Below, one piece after another: positions 1 through 7,397 of a stretch of 10,091 nt of DNA. This DNA comes from Candidatus Krumholzibacteriia bacterium (GTDB taxonomy: Bacteria > Krumholzibacteriota > Krumholzibacteriia > WVZY01): positions 1 to 10,091 of the forward strand of contig JAZGDW010000261.1 in assembly GCA_036478295.1 (NCBI GenBank). Reading direction: 5' to 3'. Under the pieces are notes generated by a model, which ran no database searches, was not told the DNA's origin, and saw only the letters and a list, made by a program, of their open reading frames with translations. The position numbers and the translations under genes were made by a program. Position 1 is the first letter of the stretch. Every line of letters starts with the position of its first letter.

Positions 1-872
<872 letters not shown>

Positions 873-933
873 ACACCCCACCTCCACCCATCCACAACAG
901 ACCCCACGACCGAAGAGAACCTCCGCGAACTGC

Positions 934-963
934 AGGCTAGCACCTCAAGCCTTTTTTCGGCAA
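934..963 (-). promoter_or_regulatory. Candidate sigma70 promoter (proximal) for radC-mreB
   Basis: TTGCCG (963-958), 18 nt, TAGCCT (939-934), preceded by extended -10 TG. Confidence 0.4.
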
Positions 964-965
964 GG

Positions 966-994
966 ATTTTATCGGCGGGCCGGGTCCGCGGCAA
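966..994 (-). promoter_or_regulatory. Candidate sigma70 promoter (distal) for radC-mreB
   Basis: TTGCCG (994-989), 17 nt, TAAAAT (971-966). Confidence 0.6.
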
Positions 995-1001
995 GGATTC
1001 T

Positions 1002-1029
1002 TTGCACCACCCGCAAGCCGTGGTATAGT
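1002..1029 (+). promoter_or_regulatory. Candidate sigma70 promoter for lysC
   Basis: TTGCAC (1002-1007), 16 nt, TATAGT (1024-1029), with extended -10 TG at 1021-1022; about 50 nt upstream of the ATG. Confidence 0.65.
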
Positions 1030-1082
1030 TTAGCGTTTCACAGGTGCCGCGGCACGGCTGAGAGCCAAGGCCAATCGCAGCG

Positions 1083-2282
1083 ATGAGCACAAAACTAATC
1101 GTACAGAAATACGGCGGCAGTTCGTTGAACAGTCCCTCGCGCATCCGCGCGGTCGCGGAAAAGATTGCCGAGCGCGCCCGCGGGGACACGCGGGTTATCG
1201 TCACCGTATCCGCCATGGGCCGGTCAACCGACGATCTCATCAAGCTCGCGCGCGAGATCACCCCGCATCCCCCGCAGCGGGAACTCGACATGCTGCTCAC
1301 CGTCGGCGAGCGGGTGTCCATGGCGCTCCTGTCGATGGCCCTGAACGAGATCGGTTGCCCGGCAATATCGTTCACCGGCTCGCAGAGCGGTATCGTGACC
1401 AACGTCAGCCATACGCGCGCGCTGATCGAGGAGATCCGGCCCGACCGCATCCGGCGTGAGTTGGATGGGGGCAAAGTCGTGATCGTGGCCGGTTTTCAGG
1501 GGGTAAGCCGCAGCAAGGAAATCACGACGCTGGGGCGTGGTGGCTCGGATACCACCGCCGTCGCGCTGGCGGCGGAGCTCGGGGCCGCGCAATGCGAAAT
1601 TTATTCCGACTATCCCGGCGTGTTCAGCGCGGACCCAAAGCTGGTGCCGGCGGCGCGTCCCATCCCCCGCCTGGGTTACGACGTCATGCTCGAACTTGCC
1701 GTTCTGGGCGCACGGGTGCTACACTACCGGGCAGCCGACATCGCACGCCGCTACGGCGTGCCGCTGCGCCTGCTGTCGAGCTTCGAGGACGGAGACGGTA
1801 CCCGTGTCGGGGAGGAGGTGTCCATGGAAACAGCGAATGCAACGAGTGTCACCTGCAACCGGCATATCACGCTGGTGCGCGTCGTTGGCGAAGGCAGCGA
1901 ACTGGACCGGTTCTGCCAGAGCCTTGGTGAAACCGACATCCAGGTCCTGATCTACGACAAGGCACGGGATGGCGGGCGGGCGCGGCTCATCCTCGTCGTC
2001 GACGCGCGGGATGCCGAGCCGTTGGCCGCTGTGATCGAGGAAGGCGGCAACCGTGGCCTCACCGTCGACACGCCGGATGACCAGGCCACCGTATCCGTAG
2101 TCGGCAGTGGTTTCGCCTGTAACGCGAGGGCGATCGCCCGGTTCGAGCGGGTCCTGGCTGGTGCCGGAATCGCCACCACGGCGGTCAAGAGCACGCCACA
2201 ATCGATGACCGCCGTCGTACCGTTGGCCCGGTGCCGGCGCGCCGTCGAAGTCCTTCACGCCGCTTTTATCGAAGCGGACTGA
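1083..2282 (+). CDS. lysC: Aspartate kinase, monofunctional (alpha subunit), kinase domain plus ACT-like C-terminus
   Basis: Motifs [65 protein letters not shown]-terminal VSVVGSG and AVEVLHAAF; 399 aa. Confidence 0.95.
   Translation: MSTKLIVQKYGGSSLNSPSRIRAVAEKIAERARGDTRVIVTVSAMGRSTDDLIKLAREITPHPPQRELDMLLTVGERVSMALLSMALNEIGCPAISFTGSQSGIVTNVSHTRALIEEIRPDRIRRELDGGKVVIVAGFQGVSRSKEITTLGRGGSDTTAVALAAELGAAQCEIYSDYPGVFSADPKLVPAARPIPRLGYDVMLELAVLGARVLHYRAADIARRYGVPLRLLSSFEDGDGTRVGEEVSMETANATSVTCNRHITLVRVVGEGSELDRFCQSLGETDIQVLIYDKARDGGRARLILVVDARDAEPLAAVIEEGGNRGLTVDTPDDQATVSVVGSGFACNARAIARFERVLAGAGIATTAVKSTPQSMTAVVPLARCRRAVEVLHAAFIEAD
1824..2282 (+). CDS. lysC: Aspartate kinase beta (regulatory) subunit from an internal in-frame start, 152 aa
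   Basis: GGAGGAGGTG at 1811-1820 directly ahead of in-frame ATG 1824 (Met248), at the kinase/ACT boundary, as in alpha2beta2 aspartokinases. Confidence 0.8.
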   Translation: METANATSVTCNRHITLVRVVGEGSELDRFCQSLGETDIQVLIYDKARDGGRARLILVVDARDAEPLAAVIEEGGNRGLTVDTPDDQATVSVVGSGFACNARAIARFERVLAGAGIATTAVKSTPQSMTAVVPLARCRRAVEVLHAAFIEAD

Positions 2283-2324
2283 ACCTACTCTCTGGAACTC
2301 CATCTTGATAGCGGGGGTACGCGA

Positions 2325-3563
2325 TCAGGCCGCATCGCCGGCGGCGCGCTGGCAGTCGATGAGCCTGAGCTGCTCCACGGCAAAATCTACCCACTGGTCC
2401 TCGGGGTAGGCGTCGGCGATTCTGCGGTAATAGAGCGCGGCCTTGTCCGGGTCGGAGAGCGTATGGCGGTACAGACCGGCCGCCCGGAGCAGCGCAAAGG
2501 CCGCTTCGCTGTGAAGCGGGTAGTCGCGCCCAAAGTTCTCGTAGGCCCGTACCGCGACCTTCGGCTTCAGATTACGCTCGAGCCCGAAAGCGAGGTCCAG
2601 ATGATACTCCGACGACAGCGTGAACTGCGCGTCCCCGCGCAGGGCCTCCACGTAGATGGCCTCGGTTTCACCCCGCTGCCCCTGGTCGATGAGCATCTCG
2701 CACGCCCGCCGGTAGTTCTTGCTGGCCCCTTCCGTGTTACCCGATAGAACCATCGCCCGCGCCAGTGACGCATAGGCCCGGGCGTCGTCGCTCCGCTGTG
2801 TCAGGTAGGTGATGTAAGCCCCCTGGGCGGCGTAGGGCTCACTCTTGCGCATGTAGTGGTGGCCCTTCTCCAGCATGCTCTCGATGCTGCCCTCGCGGTA
2901 TTGGCCGAAGGCCACCGCCAGCAGGCCGCCCCAGACGAATCCGGTAAGGTGGGCCACATAGGCGACGTGCGCGGTGGCACCGTCGAGTTGGGCCACACCC
3001 CGGGCCATCTGCAGGACGAACCAGAACGCGATGGCGAGAATGCACGGGATCTCTGCGCGGCCAGCGCGTGTGTATGCCTGCAAGGGAAAGAACACCCAGT
3101 AGGCGACGCGCAGCTTGCTGCGAACGAAGCGTACGGTAAAGGCCCCGAGCAGTCCCGAAATCGCGCCGGAAGCACCGATGATACCGGTGTAGGGGTCGTC
3201 GAAGACCCGGGTGTTGAACAGACCCTGGAAGTAGCTCCCCAAGCCGGCCGAGGTGAGAAACACCACCGCAAAGAGTACCGGACCCATGCGGTCCTCCACA
3301 TAGCGGCCAAAGAAGGTCAAGTAGATGAGGTTGCCGATGAGGTGCGCGTAGCCCAGGTGGAGGAACGCCGACGCCATCGCGCTCACCGGCCCACCGCCCT
3401 CGGGAACGTAGATAAGGTTGTAGAGGTCGTAGGAGAGGACGTCCGGCAGGTACTTGAGCAGAATGAACACAGCGACGCAGATCGCCGCATAGGCCGACGT
3501 CATCACCGGCAAGCGACGTACGCGCGTATTGATGCCAATCGGCAGGTAGTAGAAAAAGTACAT
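2325..3563 (-). CDS. Rhomboid family intramembrane serine protease with C-terminal TPR-like domain (412 aa)
   Basis: FLHLGYAHLIGNL, VEDRMG, catalytic GASGAISG and YVAHLTG, several hydrophobic helices, then Ala/Tyr-rich helical repeats (YASLARAM, AALYYRRIADAYPE). Start ATG 3563 after GGAGA; the track's extension to 3719 crosses a terminator and looks non-coding. Confidence 0.9.
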   Translation of the reverse strand: MYFFYYLPIGINTRVRRLPVMTSAYAAICVAVFILLKYLPDVLSYDLYNLIYVPEGGGPVSAMASAFLHLGYAHLIGNLIYLTFFGRYVEDRMGPVLFAVVFLTSAGLGSYFQGLFNTRVFDDPYTGIIGASGAISGLLGAFTVRFVRSKLRVAYWVFFPLQAYTRAGRAEIPCILAIAFWFVLQMARGVAQLDGATAHVAYVAHLTGFVWGGLLAVAFGQYREGSIESMLEKGHHYMRKSEPYAAQGAYITYLTQRSDDARAYASLARAMVLSGNTEGASKNYRRACEMLIDQGQRGETEAIYVEALRGDAQFTLSSEYHLDLAFGLERNLKPKVAVRAYENFGRDYPLHSEAAFALLRAAGLYRHTLSDPDKAALYYRRIADAYPEDQWVDFAVEQLRLIDCQRAAGDAA

Positions 3564-3610
3564 GATTCTCCGGTACCAGCGGCGAGCGGGATACGTCCCG
3601 GCGAAGGAAT

Positions 3611-3626
3611 AGCAATTATCGGGCCT
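3611..3626 (-). promoter_or_regulatory. Candidate sigma54 (-24/-12) promoter for the rhomboid gene
   Basis: AGGCCCGATAATTGCT: exact GG-N10-GC spacing and two mismatches to TGGCACGRNNNTTGCW; predicted start near 3600, about 37 nt before the ATG. Confidence 0.55.
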
Positions 3627-3698
3627 CGCCGTACGCCCGGCCGGCCTGCAGCGCGGGGCCCGTCCGTCGAGTGACGCACGCCGGGTCCGGTTAGCGGG

Positions 3699-3736
3699 CA
3701 AAGGAAAGGGGCCCTCCAAAATGGAGAGCCCCTCCT
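3699..3736 (-). terminator. Rho-independent terminator after the beta-barrel gene
   Basis: Minus strand GGGGCTCTCCA-TTT-TGGAGGGCCCC (11-bp stem, one G-U) followed by TTTCCTTT, about 30 nt after stop 3763. Confidence 0.8.
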
Positions 3737-3762
3737 CAACAACAGATCGCTTACGCGTCCGC

Positions 3763-5028
3763 TTAGAACCGGTACGTAGCGCTGATGCGTTTGATTGGCG
3801 GATCCGGATCGTCCGTTCCGAAACCGGTCAGCCAGTATCCCAGGCGGAACGGCGTGTCGTTCGCGAGCACGGCATCGACGTCCCAGTCTCCCATGTGGAA
3901 ACCGGCGCCCAGGAACCACTCGAACTCGGTCACAGGGTTGATGCGCAACGGATTACCCGTTTCAGTCGTCGTATTGCCCAATACGTCCGTGACCTCGATC
4001 TTGACCATCGTCTTGGTGGCGCCCACGCGGGTGGTCAGCCACGAATTGATGTCCGACTCGACCGCCAAAAAGAACTTGGGCAGGACGGTCGCGTCGGCCT
4101 TGCTCAGGTCGCCGGCAACCACATTCGCTGGCTCGACCGTGGCGCTCTCGAACTCGGTGGCAAAGATCAGCATGTTGCTGGTGTTGACGTCCATGTTGAA
4201 GCTGATACCCAGCGTAAAATCGGTTCCCTGGATACCGGTCGACGTCGCCGGCGGCACCGGGAGATTCGGCGAATACTCGAAGGTCTGGAAGCCCACGAAC
4301 GGGACCATTGTGATATCATCTCGCCACTCAAAGAAGATGCGGCCCGCGATGTCGAACGCGGTGCTCGTGTCGAACACGTCGAGGCCCGCCGGCGTGGTCT
4401 CGCCGCCCGCTTTGCCATACGTCACCGCCACGTCCAAGTACGCGTTCTCACCGAGGTCGGCACGAACGCCCCCACCGAACGTCGTGAAGGAAAGGGTCTC
4501 CAGTTCCGGCGGCGCTAGGGGGTCGGTATTCTCAAACTCGGCGTCAGAACGAGTAAAGTTGATGCCGTAGGAGAACTGCTCTAGCTCGTTACCCCAGGCC
4601 AGGACGAACTTGGTCGTCGGGGTCTCCACCAGCCCGGTAAAACCGGCGGCCCCCCCCCCAGCCAGAACGCCCAGTGTGATCAGCGGGTTGAACGCGAAGA
4701 AACTCCCGTCGTCCAGCGAGTTCGTGAGCAGAAAGATGCCCCAGGTACCCAGGGGACTGTCCTCGCCCCATGAGTAGGTGAAACCCAGTGCCTGGTCATC
4801 CGCGTTGACCGCGGAATCACCGCCCTGACTTGTCCCGTTACCTGCTTCGGCCATCACCAGGTTGGCGTACGACGGCAGTGTTCCGTACCAGCGAAAGATA
4901 TTGGAATCGTCGTTGATGTAGTTGCTGGTACCGGCCAGTGCCTGAACACGGCTGGTCGTCGCGAACGCGGCGGACGCGAGGCAAACGACGAGCAGTGACA
5001 GAACCAACACTTTGCTTAATTTAAGCAT
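3763..5028 (-). CDS. Outer-membrane beta-barrel / porin-like protein (421 aa precursor)
   Basis: AGGAGG (5040-5035) then ATG 5028; Sec/SPI signal MLKLSKVLVLSLLVVCLASAAFA; many alternating amphipathic strands (LGFTYSW, FSYGINFTR, FLGAGFHMG, WDVDAVL); C-terminal BAM-type signal ISATYRF; acidic, Thr/Gly-rich. Confidence 0.85.
   Translation of the reverse strand: MLKLSKVLVLSLLVVCLASAAFATTSRVQALAGTSNYINDDSNIFRWYGTLPSYANLVMAEAGNGTSQGGDSAVNADDQALGFTYSWGEDSPLGTWGIFLLTNSLDDGSFFAFNPLITLGVLAGGGAAGFTGLVETPTTKFVLAWGNELEQFSYGINFTRSDAEFENTDPLAPPELETLSFTTFGGGVRADLGENAYLDVAVTYGKAGGETTPAGLDVFDTSTAFDIAGRIFFEWRDDITMVPFVGFQTFEYSPNLPVPPATSTGIQGTDFTLGISFNMDVNTSNMLIFATEFESATVEPANVVAGDLSKADATVLPKFFLAVESDINSWLTTRVGATKTMVKIEVTDVLGNTTTETGNPLRINPVTEFEWFLGAGFHMGDWDVDAVLANDTPFRLGYWLTGFGTDDPDPPIKRISATYRF
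4650..4659 (-). repeat. G10 homopolymer within the beta-barrel CDS (currently in frame)
   Basis: Ten consecutive C on the plus strand, read GGG GGG GGG G(CC) = GGGA on the coding strand. Confidence 0.9.
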
Positions 5029-5051
5029 GTGAAACCTCCTGACTTCGAGCC

Positions 5052-5086
5052 GGAGCCGCGCCGGTTTCCCAGCCGTAGCCGGCTCC
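5052..5086 (-). promoter_or_regulatory. GAAA-tetraloop hairpin just upstream of the porin ribosome-binding site
   Basis: GGAGCCG...GCTGG-GAAA-CCGGC...CGGCTCC on the minus strand, ending about 11 nt before AGGAGG. Confidence 0.6.
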
Positions 5087-5325
5087 ACGTCACAAGAGTG
5101 ATTAACTCCTACAAGAAAACTTTTTTTCAACGCACATTGTTTGGTTACACGTCAAATCTCACCGTTTCATAACACGGCAAGACATCCTGAACTAGCCTCA
5201 CCTCCTCGGGCAAAAGCAACGCACGACGACGAAACACCTCTCAACATGTGACGCATATAGTCCTGAATCATTCAAACGCGATCAGCACGGTCAATTCCTT
5301 TTGTGATTCACGTTTTCAACGGGGG

Positions 5326-5354
5326 ACGATATAAACCCTAAAAACTCGTGTCAA
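5326..5354 (-). promoter_or_regulatory. Strong sigma70 promoter for the beta-barrel gene, with A/T-tract UP element
   Basis: TTGACA (5354-5349), 17 nt, TATCGT (5331-5326); upstream A/T tracts at about 5355-5390. Confidence 0.75.
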
Positions 5355-5470
5355 TTCTTTTTTTAGAAAAAAGGAGAAAGTTTTTACAAATCGGGTGGGA
5401 TCAAAAACCCGAGAAACAGCGTTTGTGGCTTCGCCATGCGATAAAGCCTGTCTTCCCGCGGGTTTTGTGC

Positions 5471-6517
5471 CTAGTTCAGGGGATCGCGTGTGGATTGCCA
5501 ATCCGGGGCCAGCTTGACCTCGTAGAGGGGGTGGACCGGATCGAGGGAGCCCACCTTCACCTGGCCGTAGGCGTGCAGAAAAAGGCTGTTCGAGAGGTAC
5601 ATACCCACGTGGCCGATCCGATCCCCTGCCCGACCGAAAAAGAGCAGGTCGCCGGTGTTGAGGCGGTCCCAGGACCGCCCTGGGCGGTCGGCGCCGAATC
5701 GAGCCTGCAGGTCCGAGTCCCTCGGAATAGCGACGCCGTGGAGCTTGTAGATCCGCTGAACGAGACCGGAGCAATCGAAGCCCTTGGGCGTCGTTCCACC
5801 CCACAGGTACGGGATGCCCAGGAAGCGCATACCCGTCGCCGCGAGCTTGTCACGGGACACGCCACGGCGGCGCGGAACGGGCTCGAGGCCACTTGCGCGG
5901 GTGTATCCCTCGTTGGCGTCGCCGAGCCGGACGGCCCGCCAACCCCGCCTTGCACACGGGGCGGAGACCAGGACGGTCCCAACCACCGCGTCACCCATGG
6001 GAAGCGCCTCCTCATCCGGGGATTGGTAGATCTGAATGACGTTGTCCTTGACGCGGTGCCGGGCGTCGCCGGCGAACCGATCGACATCGGCCCGTGAGCT
6101 CGCCCTCAGATGCCAGCTTCGGATCCAGCCGATATAGCCGTCCTCCAGCCGTGCCAGGTACCAGTCCCCCGACGTCTTCAGCGGCTCCACCGGCTCGCCT
6201 CGGATGATCTGCGACACCAGCTCGGAACCGTGGTCGGGTTTGCGCCGCACGTCCGCCACACTGCTGCACCCGATCACTAGCTCCGGCAGCTCCGCCTCGC
6301 CGTTGGGCAGAAACACGCATTGCAACAGAGACGCCGCCTTGCCGAACCGGCGCTTCACCTCGTTCTGCACGTCAGACGCCACGTCGGCCGAGCTGCACTC
6401 GAACACGAGCGACTGGCCACCCGGTGGTGCGGCGTAGACGTGTGTGAAGCACACACGCCCGTCGAGCGAGCGGCTCTTGAGAACTTCGCCAATAATTGCG
6501 TGAAGATCGTCGATCAT
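5471..6517 (-). CDS. SH3b + NlpC/P60 (C40) cysteine peptidase, YkfC / dipeptidyl-peptidase VI-like gamma-D-glutamyl endopeptidase
   Basis: SH3b-like (ADVRRKPDHGSELVSQ...WYLARLEDGYIGWI), a second SH3-like repeat, then FLGIPYLWGG, GFDCSG, IPRDSDLQ, GDLLFF, IGHVGMY, FLHA, giving a Cys-His-His triad. No signal peptide seen. Confidence 0.9.
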   Translation of the reverse strand: MIDDLHAIIGEVLKSRSLDGRVCFTHVYAAPPGGQSLVFECSSADVASDVQNEVKRRFGKAASLLQCVFLPNGEAELPELVIGCSSVADVRRKPDHGSELVSQIIRGEPVEPLKTSGDWYLARLEDGYIGWIRSWHLRASSRADVDRFAGDARHRVKDNVIQIYQSPDEEALPMGDAVVGTVLVSAPCARRGWRAVRLGDANEGYTRASGLEPVPRRRGVSRDKLAATGMRFLGIPYLWGGTTPKGFDCSGLVQRIYKLHGVAIPRDSDLQARFGADRPGRSWDRLNTGDLLFFGRAGDRIGHVGMYLSNSLFLHAYGQVKVGSLDPVHPLYEVKLAPDWQSTRDPLN

Positions 6518-6540
6518 GACACTTTCCCCGGTGCGTCCCC

Positions 6541-7377
6541 CTAGCCACGCTGCCCGGCATCCCGCAGCTTGGGATCGAGTACGTCACGAAACGCGTCACC
6601 GAGAAGGTTGAACCCCAGGACCGCGAGCGTGATGCCGATGCCGGGGGCAAGACTCAACCACGGGGCGACCCGCAGATAATCCAGTCCCGAGCTAATCATC
6701 GACCCCCAGCTCGGAGTGGGAGGCTGTGCGCCGAAGCCGAGAAAACTCATCGATGACTCGGCCATGATGCCCATTCCCAATCCCATTGAAAATACGATAA
6801 TGAGTTGTGAAAAGCAATTTGGCAGCACGTGACGGAAAATAATACCACTGTGGCGCCCCCCCAGCGACCGCACCGCCATGACGAACTCGCGCTCCTTTAC
6901 GGAGAGCACCTGCGCGCGCACGATGCGCGCGATGCCCGCCCAGCCGACGATCCCCAGGGCCACGACCAGGGACACGAGACTCGGGCCAACCGCCGCGATG
7001 ACCGCGATCAACAGCAGCAGCGCGGGGTAGGCCAGCGTAACGTCGGCGAGGCGCATGATCAAGCCGTCCAGTCGGCCGCCGTAGTAGCCGCCCACCAGTC
7101 CCAACAACGTTCCCAGCAGCAGGGAAATGAGCCTGGCCGTGAGGCTGACTTGCATCGATATACGCGCGCCGTAGATCAACCGGCTCATGATGTCGCGCCC
7201 GAGAACGTCCGTGCCCAGCGGGTGCGCGTACGACGGTGGGTGAAGCGCCTCGTTCATGTCGATGGCGTAGGGATCGTGGGGCGCGATGAGCGGCGCGAAA
7301 ATCGCCGCCCCAAGCACCAGCAGGGCGAGCACCAGCCCCACCAGACCACTCTTTTGCCCCACCACAGCCTTCAACAT
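6541..7377 (-). CDS. dppC: Peptide/nickel ABC transporter permease, DppC/OppC family
   Basis: HPLGTDVLGRDIMSRLIYGARIS, EAA-like loop EREFVMAVRSLG, FRHVLPN, SFLGFGAQPPTPSWG, FNLLGDAFRDVLDP. Likely start ATG 7377 (or GTG 7386). Confidence 0.93.
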   Translation of the reverse strand: MLKAVVGQKSGLVGLVLALLVLGAAIFAPLIAPHDPYAIDMNEALHPPSYAHPLGTDVLGRDIMSRLIYGARISMQVSLTARLISLLLGTLLGLVGGYYGGRLDGLIMRLADVTLAYPALLLLIAVIAAVGPSLVSLVVALGIVGWAGIARIVRAQVLSVKEREFVMAVRSLGGRHSGIIFRHVLPNCFSQLIIVFSMGLGMGIMAESSMSFLGFGAQPPTPSWGSMISSGLDYLRVAPWLSLAPGIGITLAVLGFNLLGDAFRDVLDPKLRDAGQRG

Positions 7378-7397
7378 CCGGTTCACCCGCCTGCGGA

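Noticed and set aside
1030..1082. Lysine riboswitch upstream of lysC
   Set aside because: The leader is far too short and has no recognisable L-box elements.
3564..3719. 52-aa N-terminal extension of the rhomboid ORF
   Set aside because: Arg/Pro-rich, spans a terminator and the candidate promoter; the SD supports ATG 3563.
3721..4570. Plus-strand ORFs 3721..4518 and 3785..4570
   Set aside because: Antisense to the beta-barrel gene; the first starts inside the terminator hairpin; no family features.
5029..5130. 34-aa TTG-initiated extension of the porin ORF
   Set aside because: A perfect SD and a signal peptide start at ATG 5028; the extension would bury the signal.
5200..5240. GGGCAAA...GAAA resembling a c-di-GMP-I riboswitch
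   Set aside because: It lies on the plus strand, antisense to the porin leader, and I could not build the required paired stems.
5443..5468. Possible terminator after the NlpC/P60 gene
   Set aside because: The stem forms only through G-U pairs on the plus strand; on the transcribed minus strand these are A-C mismatches.
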